Below, piece by piece: positions 37,639-47,586 of a stretch of 64,000 bases of DNA; positions within the stretch are counted from its first letter, which is position 1, and the number at the start of each line of letters is the position of its first letter. The notes below the pieces were generated by a model. It did no database searches, was not told the origin of the DNA, and was given only the letters and a program-made list of their open reading frames with translations. Source of the DNA: an uncultured Gammaproteobacteria bacterium (GTDB taxonomy: Bacteria > Patescibacteriota > Microgenomatia > UBA8517); contig CAYMZX010000003.1 of assembly GCA_964395115.1 (NCBI GenBank), positions 14,111 through 78,110 on the forward strand, written 5' to 3'. The position numbers were made by a program, and so were the translations under genes.

Positions 37639-39054
37639 TTATCTCAGGCGAGGAAATAAAGGCTCCCCCAGTTTGATTCCAGGTCCACTAAACAGCTTTT
37701 CAATTTTTTCAGAAGTTTCCGGGAGAAAGGGTCTAAGTTGGTTGGCTAAACTTAAAATTTTTTTTACAAGATATCCCAAAACAGCATTCAGTTTTTTTTG
37801 GTTTTTTATCTTCCATGGCTCATTCTTGTCAATATATCGGTTAGCGAGAATTACTTGGCTATGAACATTATTAAGGACTCCATATAGGTCAAGATGTTCA
37901 ATATCTTCACAATAACGTGCGGGTATTTTTTTTGATTGAGATATCTTAATGTTCAAACCTTCACAAAGTTTAGCCACCCTGGAGACTAAATTGCCCAAAG
38001 CGTCGGCAAGATCGGCGTTGTATTTTGCATCGAATCTTTTTAATGAAATATCGCCGTCGTCCCCGAAGGGGTAGGCCGAAATTAACAAGTATCTTGCTCC
38101 ATCGACCCCATATCTATCAACTAATTGTTTGGGGGAAATGATATTTCCTAAGGACTTTGACATCTTTTGGCCATCGATAGTGAAGAATCCATGTGCAAAA
38201 ATTTTCTTCGGCAAATCTACCCCCGCGGCGATTAAAAGCGCTTGCCAAATTACTGCGTGGAACCAAAGAATGTCCTTACCGATTAAATGCAAATCTGCTG
38301 GCCAGAATTTTGTCTTTCCTTCCAAAAATTGGGTAGCCGAATAGTAATTTATTAAAGCATCAACCCAGACGTAAATTGTTTGAGACTTATCCCAGGGAAC
38401 AGGAATTCCCCAAGAAACGCCCCCTCTGGAGATAGAAATATCTTCGACCCTGCTTTTTAATCTGCCGATAACTTCATTTTTCCTCTCTTTGGGCAAGATT
38501 TCATATTCTTCCTCCTCAATTTTTCCTAAAACCTTTTTTGAAAGTTCAGAAAGCCTCAAGAAATAATTGTCCTCTTTCTGTTTTACCGGCTCCTTATTAG
38601 GATGAAGAAGGCAGCGCCCCCCAACAAGATCGCTTTCTGTCAAAAACTTCTCACAACCGATACAGTAAAGACCTTCATACGTTCCTTTATAGATATACCC
38701 TTTGTCGTAAATTTTTTGAAGAAGAGAAGTAACTATTTTTTCGTGTTTAGGATCTGTTGTCCTGATAAAGTAATCATAACTTATATTAAGGAGCCGCCAG
38801 GCATCTTTAAAACGTGAAGTAACTGAATCGGAAAATTCTTTGGGAGAAACCCCTTTCTCTTTGGCCGCTTGGCTAACTTTTTGGCCATGCTCATCTGTTC
38901 CGGTCAGGAAAAAGACGTTTTCTCTACCCAGTTTTTCCCGGTAATATCGGGCCAAAATGTCGGCGGCCAAAGTGGTATAGGCGTGTCCAATGTGCGGAAC
39001 GTCATTGACATAATAAATGGGTGTCGTAACAAAAAATTTCTTGTCCATAGGCAT
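37639..39054 (-). CDS. metG: Methionyl-tRNA synthetase (short, no C-terminal tRNA-binding domain)
   Basis: YVNDVPHIGHAY, GTDEHG, YVWVDALINY, KMSKS, PLFPR. Confidence 0.97.
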   Translation of the reverse strand: MPMDKKFFVTTPIYYVNDVPHIGHAYTTLAADILARYYREKLGRENVFFLTGTDEHGQKVSQAAKEKGVSPKEFSDSVTSRFKDAWRLLNISYDYFIRTTDPKHEKIVTSLLQKIYDKGYIYKGTYEGLYCIGCEKFLTESDLVGGRCLLHPNKEPVKQKEDNYFLRLSELSKKVLGKIEEEEYEILPKERKNEVIGRLKSRVEDISISRGGVSWGIPVPWDKSQTIYVWVDALINYYSATQFLEGKTKFWPADLHLIGKDILWFHAVIWQALLIAAGVDLPKKIFAHGFFTIDGQKMSKSLGNIISPKQLVDRYGVDGARYLLISAYPFGDDGDISLKRFDAKYNADLADALGNLVSRVAKLCEGLNIKISQSKKIPARYCEDIEHLDLYGVLNNVHSQVILANRYIDKNEPWKIKNQKKLNAVLGYLVKKILSLANQLRPFLPETSEKIEKLFSGPGIKLGEPLFPRLR

Positions 39055-39080
39055 ATTTTACAGTTCTGAGAGAAGACTAT

Positions 39081-39434
39081 CTACTTCCTGACAAATTTTC
39101 GTATCTTTTCAGCCCAAACAGCGGCCCATTCCTCGGCCTCAATCTTTTGAAGAGCGAGTTTTAGCCCCGCCTTTTTCGTGAGGCCTTGGACAGAGGCGAT
39201 AGTGGCACTCGAAACTTTTAGATTTTGTTTTATGTTAGCATAGCTTCTCCCTTTTTTTAACCAATAAACGATCGCGAGTCTTTTGGCAAATGTTTCCAAT
39301 TCGTTTTGATTGAAAAAATCCTTCAGGAAAGTTTCCGCTTCCCCGAGATCTTTTAAGTCAGCAAGAGTTTGGGCAAAGGTTTTGACGATCTGGTTCTTTA
39401 AAGACGGATTTAGTTTTTGTTCGGAAATTCGCAT
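39081..39434 (-). CDS. TrpR-like (YerC/YecD) HTH protein
   Basis: FLKDFF...ELETFAKRLAI...SYANIKQNLKVSSATIA. Confidence 0.8.
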   Translation of the reverse strand: MRISEQKLNPSLKNQIVKTFAQTLADLKDLGEAETFLKDFFNQNELETFAKRLAIVYWLKKGRSYANIKQNLKVSSATIASVQGLTKKAGLKLALQKIEAEEWAAVWAEKIRKFVRK

Positions 39435-39459
39435 TTGTTTGTTCGAATAAATTAGCAGA

Positions 39460-39487
39460 AGTATAACAATTAGGAAAACCTTGTCAA
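39460..39487 (-). promoter_or_regulatory. sigma70 promoter of the trpR-like gene and metG
   Basis: Minus strand TTGACA followed at canonical spacing by TGtTATACT. Confidence 0.7.
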
Positions 39488-39506
39488 CTCTCCGGAAATA
39501 ACGATC

Positions 39507-39842
39507 TTATTTATTGGAAAAGTAGAGCTCGATAGTTGCCACCAAGCCAAGAATAAGAACAAAATTTAAGAAATTTCCTATCCCCAAATAACGAAGAATA
39601 AGAAAAGTGATTAAGGCCATGGAGGCCAAAAATCCCCGCCGAGCGTGGGCAAATGCAAAGGAAAAAGTAAAAACAAGGGCCAGGAAAAGGATAAGAAGGA
39701 AAAGAGGAATTGCCCCAACCGTTTCTGGTTCAACAAAATAGATGATCAAAAAAATCAGTCCCCAAAGTACGACCGTTACCAAAAAAGCAGGAAGGACATT
39801 TTTCCTTAGCTTAATTTTTCTTTTTCGGTTCTCCTTTTTCAA
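39507..39842 (-). CDS. Small 4-TM membrane protein
   Basis: Basic N-terminus, four hydrophobic segments. Confidence 0.7.
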   Translation of the reverse strand: MKKENRKRKIKLRKNVLPAFLVTVVLWGLIFLIIYFVEPETVGAIPLFLLILFLALVFTFSFAFAHARRGFLASMALITFLILRYLGIGNFLNFVLILGLVATIELYFSNK

Positions 39843-39879
39843 CAGTTTTATTTTAACTGAATCCGATCTATAGTGTAAA

Positions 39880-40878
39880 ATGCTTACAATGGGTCCGCTG
39901 TTGATATTGGTAATTGTAATTTTGATTATTTGGTTACTTTTTATTAATAAAAAGCTTGCCGAGATAAAGGAAGCCCAGAAACCATCAGAGGAATTCTTGG
40001 AGAAGATAATAAAGATGCTTCAGACGGGCTCCAAGGAGGATCGAAAGGTCCTTCTAGAGTCTTTACAAAACAATACCCGGGCTCTCAATGAGAGACTTGA
40101 CAATGCGGCCAGAGTTATCTCCCAGGTTCAAAAAAATATCGGGGAAATGAGCGAAATAGGTCGAGGAATGAAAGACTTACAAGAATTTTTGACGAGTCCG
40201 AAATTAAGGGGAAACATAGGAGAACAAGTTCTAAAAGAACTCCTTAATCAATTTTTGCCTAAACAATCTTTTAATCTGCAGTACACCTTTAAAACAGGGG
40301 ATAAAGTTGATGCAGCCATAAAAACAGCCGCTGGGATTATCCCGGTCGACTCAAAATTTCCTATGGAAAATTTTCGAAAGATGATGGCGGCCCAAAGCGA
40401 TACTGAAAAAAGAGCTCATGAGCGGGAATTTGAAAGAGATGTTAAATCCCACATAGAAACAATCTCTAAAAAATATATCTTGACCGAAGAAGGGACGATT
40501 GATTATGCCCTAATGTATATTCCTTCGGAAGCGGTCTACTATGAAGTAGTCAATAATCCTTCCCTTTTCGAATACGCTGGAGACAAAAGGGTGTTGCCTG
40601 TTTCACCAACAACTTTTTATGCTTACCTACGGGCGATTCTGATGAGCTTTGAGGGCCAAAAGATAGAAGCCAAAACGAGGGAAATTTTGGCCGCCCTTCG
40701 GGCAATACAGAAGGATTACTCAAAGGTGGGAGACAATTTGACTATTCTTCAAAAACATTTAAACAATGCTTTCAATATGATGAACTCGGTCGTTGACTCA
40801 TTCGGTCGGCTAGGGCAAAAGATTATTTCTACAAGGGCCCTTGGACCATCGGAAGTGCCTAAAAAACTGGACGGGTAA
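39880..40878 (+). CDS. rmuC: DNA recombination protein RmuC
   Basis: N-terminal TM and coiled coil; PKLRGNIGEQVL, IPVDSKFP, TIDYALMYIPSE, SPTT. Confidence 0.92.
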   Translation: MLTMGPLLILVIVILIIWLLFINKKLAEIKEAQKPSEEFLEKIIKMLQTGSKEDRKVLLESLQNNTRALNERLDNAARVISQVQKNIGEMSEIGRGMKDLQEFLTSPKLRGNIGEQVLKELLNQFLPKQSFNLQYTFKTGDKVDAAIKTAAGIIPVDSKFPMENFRKMMAAQSDTEKRAHEREFERDVKSHIETISKKYILTEEGTIDYALMYIPSEAVYYEVVNNPSLFEYAGDKRVLPVSPTTFYAYLRAILMSFEGQKIEAKTREILAALRAIQKDYSKVGDNLTILQKHLNNAFNMMNSVVDSFGRLGQKIISTRALGPSEVPKKLDG

Positions 40879-40917
40879 TTTTTCCCCCATTCATTTTATT
40901 TCTGATACAATTACCTC

Positions 40918-43821
40918 GTGATAAAAGATAACAGCCAATTGAAACTTAACAGAGGACAGTGGGCAGCGATCAAATACGGCAAAGGACCTCTCTTGATTAT
41001 TGCCGGAGCCGGGACTGGAAAGACAACGGTCATTACCGAGCGGATTAAATACCTAATCCTATCCAAGTTGGCAAAACCGGATGAAATCTTGGCTCTGACC
41101 TTCACCGAGAAAGCAGCCCGGGAAATGGAGGAAAGAGTCGACGTGGCCATGCCTTATGGCTATACCCAGATGTGGATTTCTACCTTCCATTCCTTTTGCG
41201 ATCGGATACTTCGGAGAGAGGCGTTCCATATCGGACTTGATCCGAAATACAAGTTAGCTTCTGAAGCAGAAACTGTACAGTTTGTTCGAAACAACTTGTT
41301 TGCCTTTGACTTAAATTATTTTAGGCCCTTGGGCAATCCCACGAAATTTATTACCGGAATGCTTCAGCATTTTTCTAGACTTCAAGACGAAGACGTTAGT
41401 CCCGACGAATATCTGTCTTATGCCAAGAATCTTAAAAGAGTCGAAAAAGAAGAAAAAGAAAAAACACTAGAACTGGCTCGGGCCTACAAAAAGTATGACG
41501 AATTGAAAACAAAAGAGGGAATTATGGATTTCGGAGATTTAATAGTTAAGACCCTTCTGCTTTTTCGAAAAAGACCCAACGTTTTAAAAACATACCAAGA
41601 ACAATTCAAATATATTCTTGTTGATGAATTCCAAGATACAAATTACGCCCAAAACGAGTTAGCGATTTTACTTTCGAAGAAAACGAAAAATTTAACTGTT
41701 TGTGGAGATGATGACCAATCTATTTATCGATTCAGAGGGGCGGCCGTTTCTAACATCCTCCAATTTAGAAAAAACTTTGCCAGAGCCAAGGTCGTCGTTT
41801 TAACAAAGAACTATCGATCTACTCAGGAAATTTTGGATAGAGCCTATGAACTTATCCAACACAATAATCCGGATAGGCTTGAGGCGATGGAAAAGATTAA
41901 TAAACACCTTGCTTCGCAAAGAGGGATTAAAGGAGAGGAGATAATTCTTATACACGCCGATAGGGTTGAGAACGAAGCGGACGAGGTGGCACAAAAAATA
42001 GAGGAACTGAAGAAGCAAGAAGGATATGATTGGAATGATTTTGCCATTTTGGTCCGGGCAAATAATCACGCTGAACCCTTCAGCCGGGCTCTTGCCCGCA
42101 GGGGAATTCCTTATCAGTTTTTAGGCCCAGGAAGGCTATTTAAACAACCCGAAATCATCGACCTGATCTCTTATTTGAGGATTCTTTATAACATTGAAGA
42201 TTCGGTGGCTCTTTATCGACTTTTATCGCTTGAATATTTCGGAATCCCCGCTCGCGATCTGGCCGCCATTGGTAGCTATGCCAAGCGCTTAAACAAAACG
42301 CTTTTTGAGGCCTGCGAAAAAATACAAGATATTTTTGTAGAGCCAAAAACCAGAGAGAAAATCAAAAAGATTTTAGAAATTATTGAAAAACACCTGAAAC
42401 TTACCAGAAAAGAAACGGCTGGACAACTTCTCTATTATTTCCTTCAGGATACAGGACTTTTACAGAAACTTCTTTCCCCAGAAAGCGGGGAAGCAGAAAA
42501 GCGCGCCGCTAATATTTCTAAGTTTTTTGATAAATTAAAAACCTACGAAGCAGATCACGAGGATGCCACTGTTCCGGCGGTGGTAGACTGGCTGGAATTA
42601 TCTTCCGAATTAGGGGAGTCTCCCTTGGCGGCCGATTCTGATTGGACCCGGGTTAATGCAGTCAATATTCTAACAGTCCACTCCTCAAAAGGTTTGGAAT
42701 TCCCGGTTGTGTTTTTGGTAAATTTGGTCGCCCAAAGATTTCCAACGGTTGAGCGAAGGGAACAAATTCCGATTCCCGAGGCGATGATAAAGGAGATTTT
42801 GCCGGTTGGGGATTATCATCTCGAGGAGGAAAGGAGACTTTTTTATGTGGGAATAACCAGGGCGATGGATAGGGTTATCTTTAGCGCCGCCGATTATTAT
42901 GGTGAAGGAAAAAGAGAAAAACGTCTTTCCCCTTTTATTTTCGAAGCCCTTGGGGAAAAAGCTGTTTCTTCGGAATTGACGACGACAAGCCATAAACAGC
43001 TAACATTTCTTGACTTCGCAACTTCCAGAGAAAAACAAGAGCCCTCCTTTAAGAGACTGCCATTTCATATCGACTATCTTTCTTATTCCCAAATTGAAAC
43101 CTTTAGGACTTGTCCCCTTCATTACAAACTGAAATATATTTTTAAGGTTCCCACCCCACCCTCGGCCGCCCAAAGTTTTGGAACGACGATTCACGCCGTT
43201 CTTAGGAACTTTTATCTGGCTGTAAAATCCGGAGAAAAACCAACAGAAAAGCTTCTTTACCGATTATTAGAAGAGAATTGGACAAGCGAAGGATTTTCCT
43301 CGAAAGTTCATGAGAAAAAATTCTTTGAAAAAGGGAAACTTTATCTGGCTGGTTTCCTGAAGCAAGAATTCAACCCCCGAAATTTACCAGTATTAATGGA
43401 GGAACCTTTTAACATTTTCCTCGATGATAAAAAAGAAAAAGGATTGAGAATTGGAGGAAAAATAGACAGAGTCGATTGTTTCCCCGATGGAACAATCGAG
43501 ATAATTGATTACAAAACCGGGGCGACGATACCCAGCCAAAAAGAAGTGGATCAAGATCTTCAACTTTCCTTTTATGCACTGGCAGCAACCAATATTCCTT
43601 ATGAACCCTTCGCTAAAAAACCCGAGCAAGCTAGGCTTTCTTTATATTTTCTGGATCAACAAGAGAAATTGACGACTACCAGGACGGCCAAGCAGCTGGA
43701 GGAGGCGGTAAAGGAAATTTTTAAAATTCGCAAAGAAATAGAAAAGTCAGATTTTAAATGTTCCCAGAATATTATTTGCGAGAAATGTGAATACTCGCTT
43801 CTTTGTCGAGCCAGTTTATAG
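40918..43821 (+). CDS. UvrD/PcrA-type SF1 helicase fused to a PD-(D/E)xK nuclease with 4-Cys Fe-S staple (AdnA/B-like)
   Basis: AGAGTGKT, VDEFQD, GDDDQSIYRFRG, KGLEF, EERRLFYVGITRA; SYSQIETFRTCP, GKIDRVD, IIDYKTG, CEKCEYSLLC. Confidence 0.92.
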   Translation: MIKDNSQLKLNRGQWAAIKYGKGPLLIIAGAGTGKTTVITERIKYLILSKLAKPDEILALTFTEKAAREMEERVDVAMPYGYTQMWISTFHSFCDRILRREAFHIGLDPKYKLASEAETVQFVRNNLFAFDLNYFRPLGNPTKFITGMLQHFSRLQDEDVSPDEYLSYAKNLKRVEKEEKEKTLELARAYKKYDELKTKEGIMDFGDLIVKTLLLFRKRPNVLKTYQEQFKYILVDEFQDTNYAQNELAILLSKKTKNLTVCGDDDQSIYRFRGAAVSNILQFRKNFARAKVVVLTKNYRSTQEILDRAYELIQHNNPDRLEAMEKINKHLASQRGIKGEEIILIHADRVENEADEVAQKIEELKKQEGYDWNDFAILVRANNHAEPFSRALARRGIPYQFLGPGRLFKQPEIIDLISYLRILYNIEDSVALYRLLSLEYFGIPARDLAAIGSYAKRLNKTLFEACEKIQDIFVEPKTREKIKKILEIIEKHLKLTRKETAGQLLYYFLQDTGLLQKLLSPESGEAEKRAANISKFFDKLKTYEADHEDATVPAVVDWLELSSELGESPLAADSDWTRVNAVNILTVHSSKGLEFPVVFLVNLVAQRFPTVERREQIPIPEAMIKEILPVGDYHLEEERRLFYVGITRAMDRVIFSAADYYGEGKREKRLSPFIFEALGEKAVSSELTTTSHKQLTFLDFATSREKQEPSFKRLPFHIDYLSYSQIETFRTCPLHYKLKYIFKVPTPPSAAQSFGTTIHAVLRNFYLAVKSGEKPTEKLLYRLLEENWTSEGFSSKVHEKKFFEKGKLYLAGFLKQEFNPRNLPVLMEEPFNIFLDDKKEKGLRIGGKIDRVDCFPDGTIEIIDYKTGATIPSQKEVDQDLQLSFYALAATNIPYEPFAKKPEQARLSLYFLDQQEKLTTTRTAKQLEEAVKEIFKIRKEIEKSDFKCSQNIICEKCEYSLLCRASL

Positions 43822-44670
43822 TTTTCGAAAAGGCAAAAGGTTTTTAATAAAAGTCCCGGGATATTCGACCTCATAGCCGCAAAAACTCTTCTTAAAATGG
43901 GTAAAACCCAACCAAGATTTATTAGGAAAGCGCTCGTCGTAAATCCCTTCAAAGTCAAACACCCTGGCGCCCATTTTTTTTGCCCAAAGAAGCCCCTCCC
44001 AAACGATTTTGTATTGAGCCAAGTTTTGCCTCCCCCCTTTTGAGGTGAAAGACTGCCAGTAATAAGCAACCGAATCGGCCAGTAAAAATATGGCGCCAGA
44101 CGACATTTCTTTGGTTGTCAGAAAAAAAGATTTCTTTTTGAAAGACTTTTTAAGTCGTATCAGGTGGTCCAGACTGGGGACGTATCTTTTTAGGCCAACA
44201 GCCTTTTTCCAAGCATTCCTAAAATCTTTTATTTCTTTCTCGATTTCTTTCTCGCAAGTTTCTAACTTGTTGGTTTTTCTAATTGCCAGCCGGGTTTCTT
44301 TCTTCAGTTTCCTAAAAATTTTTCTTTTTGACCGAGTCAAATCTATCTGCAAAGTTTTGGTGGGGAGAAAAGGGTTTTTGCTTGACTTAAAACCGACAGA
44401 GCTCAAGAATCGAGCATCCAGTTGGGTTTTCGGCTCGATAATTATCTGGAGGGCACGGTACTTTCTGGCTAACTCTCTGATTTTTTGAATTCTTATCTCT
44501 TCCGGTCTTTGTATTTTTATAATCGACCCGACAAGAAAAAGCTTTTTTATAAGCGGAGCTCGCAAAGCCAAAGGCTTTATGAAGTAATTTATTCCGGCGA
44601 ATCTCTCTACTTGCCAACCAATCTTTGATAAATAATTTGCGTAATCGATTGTCTGACGAATATCATTCAT
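43816..44670 (-). CDS. FemABX/GNAT-fold peptidyl-transferase-like protein (short)
   Basis: TLQIDLTRS, FDFEGI, GFTHFKKSFCG...EYPG. Confidence 0.8.
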   Translation of the reverse strand: MNDIRQTIDYANYLSKIGWQVERFAGINYFIKPLALRAPLIKKLFLVGSIIKIQRPEEIRIQKIRELARKYRALQIIIEPKTQLDARFLSSVGFKSSKNPFLPTKTLQIDLTRSKRKIFRKLKKETRLAIRKTNKLETCEKEIEKEIKDFRNAWKKAVGLKRYVPSLDHLIRLKKSFKKKSFFLTTKEMSSGAIFLLADSVAYYWQSFTSKGGRQNLAQYKIVWEGLLWAKKMGARVFDFEGIYDERFPNKSWLGFTHFKKSFCGYEVEYPGTFIKNLLPFRKL

Positions 44671-44671
44671 T

Positions 44672-45688
44672 TTAAAAACTCGGTTTAAAAAATCTGCTCT
44701 TGGCTTTTAAGATTAACCAGCGAATAAATTCTAACAGACGGTAAAACCGGTAGAGAGGGCTGGTTATCAAATCCCAGGTTCCCAAAAACTCGACGACTTC
44801 CGGATTGTAACCTTCTTTAAATCGGGTGAACCCCTTTCCTTCTTCTCGACCCCAAAGGTCAAATGTGGTCAAGCCCAAGGACTTGCCGAAACGGATTGCT
44901 TCCCACATCATCAAGTTATTGGCCATCACTTTTTTGTGTTCTTCGGTAGAGGCTCCATAGGGATAATAGAGGAAGTTGTGCCAGGTAAAAATAATCCAAG
45001 CGGAGATGATCCTTCCTTTATATTTGGCGCAAAGTAAATGGGCGATACCGGCCTTTTTTAAAGTTTCCCACATCAGGCGGTGGTAGCGCTCGGTATGGGC
45101 ATAAAATCGCTGGCGGGCAACTGTCTCCCGAGTAAGCTCGAGATATTTTTCAAAGGCCCTGTCCGAATTATCCTCGTCGACTTCGACCCCGTTTTTCTGG
45201 GCAACCTTGATGTTGTAACGGGTCTTGGGGTGAAATGAAATCAGAAGTTCTTCCTCGGTTTTTCTTAGATCTATCCAAAAAGAGGATGGCGTAAAAAGAT
45301 TTTTTCCAGGAACGGCTCCATGGCGTTTTAAAAGGGAAATAAGCTTTTCGCTTTTTTTTACATTAGGCTCCATTTTGATAAAAAGCAGATTTTTCTTTTT
45401 GGCGAAGCTTTTTAGAAATTCTAGCGTTTCTTTGTTGGGTTCCTGCCCCTTGATAAACATGCCGATTTTACAATTCGTTAAGGGGATTCGATGGAGAGTC
45501 AGTTGTATGGCTTCAATTAGTTTATCTCCTTCAAATCTTCCAAATCTGACAACTTCGTTGCCGGTCTTTTTCCTAAATTCGCCCCATTCCCAAGATTGGA
45601 GGGGGTGGATGGTTACCTCATTGAAAGCATCCTTTTCGGATTCAGAAACTTCTTTGATGGCCATGAGCCTTATTTGATATTGTAGCAC
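44672..45688 (-). CDS. FemX/FemAB-family peptidoglycan interpeptide bridge enzyme
   Basis: HPLQSWEWGEF, IKMEP, KTRYNIKVA, YPYGAS, NLMMWE, RFKEGY. Confidence 0.9.
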   Translation of the reverse strand: MLQYQIRLMAIKEVSESEKDAFNEVTIHPLQSWEWGEFRKKTGNEVVRFGRFEGDKLIEAIQLTLHRIPLTNCKIGMFIKGQEPNKETLEFLKSFAKKKNLLFIKMEPNVKKSEKLISLLKRHGAVPGKNLFTPSSFWIDLRKTEEELLISFHPKTRYNIKVAQKNGVEVDEDNSDRAFEKYLELTRETVARQRFYAHTERYHRLMWETLKKAGIAHLLCAKYKGRIISAWIIFTWHNFLYYPYGASTEEHKKVMANNLMMWEAIRFGKSLGLTTFDLWGREEGKGFTRFKEGYNPEVVEFLGTWDLITSPLYRFYRLLEFIRWLILKAKSRFFKPSF

Positions 45689-45717
45689 GCCTAATGGTCA
45701 GTAAATTTACCGCCGTT

Positions 45718-47586
45718 TCAATCGCGGATGTATTTTTTGAGGATATGATCAAAACTTAAAAAATCAGGGTTGCCCACATCATTTTTTGTTGAACTCGAGA
45801 TTTTTTCCTCGAGCAATTCTTCCGGGATATCGAGAATAAACCTTGAAGGAGGATTGGAAATTTTTTCGCCGAAGTAAAGACGCCTAGTCGCATAAGATAA
45901 ATATAAAAGCTCTTTGGCGCGAGTCATACCTACATAAGCCAGACGCCTTTCTTCTTCCAACTCGTTGATATCAAAAAGACTGCGAGAGTGGGGAAAAATC
46001 CCTTCTTCCATTCCGACAATAATAACAACCGGAAATTCTAGCCCCTTGGCGGCATGGAGAGTCATCAAAGTCATCCGACCGTGATCGTTGTGCCCGGGCT
46101 TTTCCGGCTGACTGGCGCCTTCCTCGATTAACGCCACCTTTTCTAGAAAGTCATAAATGTTGGGAAATTCGGTGGCTACCGAGCGAAGCTCTTTTATATT
46201 TTCCAATCTGGCTAAATTTCCTTCGGTTTTCTTTTTGTATAAAGAAAGATAGTCCGTTTTTTGGAGAACTTTGTCCAAGAAGTCAAGGGTTGATAAAGAC
46301 TTATCTTTGAATTCTCTTTTAAATTCCATAAATTTTTCATAACGCTTTTTGCCCATTTTTTTGATTCTTCTATAAGAAACTGAATCGTGGCTATTCACCA
46401 AACCCCTAAGAAAAGAAAGAACATCCTTTATCTCTTTGCGCTCGTAAAATCTTGTGCCGCCAACCAGAACATAGGGGATTCCGGAACGAAGTAGGGCCTC
46501 TTCCAAGACGCGAGATTGGGCATTGGTTCGATACAACACTGCGATATCTTTGAAGCAATAACGGCTTAGGACAAGTGAAGAAATCTCATTGACCACAAAT
46601 AAGGCTTCGTCTGAACCGTTTTTGGCGCGGTAAAGTTTTATTCTTTCTCCGGGAAGATTCCGCGTCCAAAGTTTCAGGATTGGATGGGATTTATTTTTGG
46701 AGATAACTGAATTGGCAGCGGAGAGAATGTTTTGGGTTGAACGATAATTCTGTTCCAGATTTATCACCTTTATTCCAGGAAAATCCCTCATTAAATAGGT
46801 AATATTTTTAAAGTCGGCGCCTCGCCAACTATAAATTGATTGAGAAGCGTCTCCAACAGCGGTGATATTTTTGTCCTTATCGGCCAGAAGCCTAGTTAAA
46901 ACATATTGAATTTTATTTGTGTCTTGCCACTCGTCGATGAAAATGTGAGTTAGTCTGTTTTGCCAGTTAACTAGGACTTTAGGACTCTCTTTTAAAAGTT
47001 TTACTGCTTGGAGAAGTAAATCGTCAAAATCCAAGGCCCCTGCCTTTTTTAAAGCCCTTTCATATTCAGTATAAATTTTTAGGAATAACTTTTGTGAATC
47101 GTTTGTTGCGAGATCGGCATACTGACTGGCAGAAAGCATCTGGTTTTTGGTTTCGGATATTTGGGCAACGAAAGAAGCGGGACTGGATGACTTTGAAAGG
47201 TCTAATCCATTGAGGATTTGTTTAATCACCTCTTTTTGATCTTCCTCGTCGTAGATTAAAAAGTCAGGATAAATCCCTATTTCTCGGCCATCAATTCTTA
47301 AAATTTTTGCGCAGAATGAGTGGAATGTTCCAGAAAAAGGAGGCGGAAATTTAGTCAGTCGGGCAATTCTTTCTTTCATTTCGTCGGCAGCCTTGTTAGT
47401 GAAAGTAAGAAGGAGAGCGTTTTGAGGTTGGAGTTTATTTTTGGCGATAAAATAGGCGACGCGGTAGGTGAGAACTTTAGTTTTCCCGCTGCCCGCCCCG
47501 GCCAGAATTAGTAAGGGTCCTCCATCGTAGGTCACTGCCCTTTTTTGCTGTTCATTTAGACCGCAAAGAAGATTATGGAGAGCCAT
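45718..47586 (-). CDS. pcrA: ATP-dependent DNA helicase PcrA/UvrD
   Basis: AGAGSGKT, FTNKAA, GDASQSIYSWRGA, LEQNYRST, YRTNAQSR, KGLEF, EERRLAYVGMTRA. Confidence 0.95.
   Translation of the reverse strand: MALHNLLCGLNEQQKRAVTYDGGPLLILAGAGSGKTKVLTYRVAYFIAKNKLQPQNALLLTFTNKAADEMKERIARLTKFPPPFSGTFHSFCAKILRIDGREIGIYPDFLIYDEEDQKEVIKQILNGLDLSKSSSPASFVAQISETKNQMLSASQYADLATNDSQKLFLKIYTEYERALKKAGALDFDDLLLQAVKLLKESPKVLVNWQNRLTHIFIDEWQDTNKIQYVLTRLLADKDKNITAVGDASQSIYSWRGADFKNITYLMRDFPGIKVINLEQNYRSTQNILSAANSVISKNKSHPILKLWTRNLPGERIKLYRAKNGSDEALFVVNEISSLVLSRYCFKDIAVLYRTNAQSRVLEEALLRSGIPYVLVGGTRFYERKEIKDVLSFLRGLVNSHDSVSYRRIKKMGKKRYEKFMEFKREFKDKSLSTLDFLDKVLQKTDYLSLYKKKTEGNLARLENIKELRSVATEFPNIYDFLEKVALIEEGASQPEKPGHNDHGRMTLMTLHAAKGLEFPVVIIVGMEEGIFPHSRSLFDINELEEERRLAYVGMTRAKELLYLSYATRRLYFGEKISNPPSRFILDIPEELLEEKISSSTKNDVGNPDFLSFDHILKKYIRD

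Noticed and set aside
43070-43821. Cas4 / CRISPR adaptation gene
   Set aside because: The 4-Cys PD-(D/E)xK domain is fused to a UvrD helicase; no cas1/cas2 or repeat-spacer array seen in the window
47575-47586. Head-to-head coding overlap of pcrA and LCP
   Set aside because: A downstream ATG at 47605 with its own -10 is the more plausible LCP start
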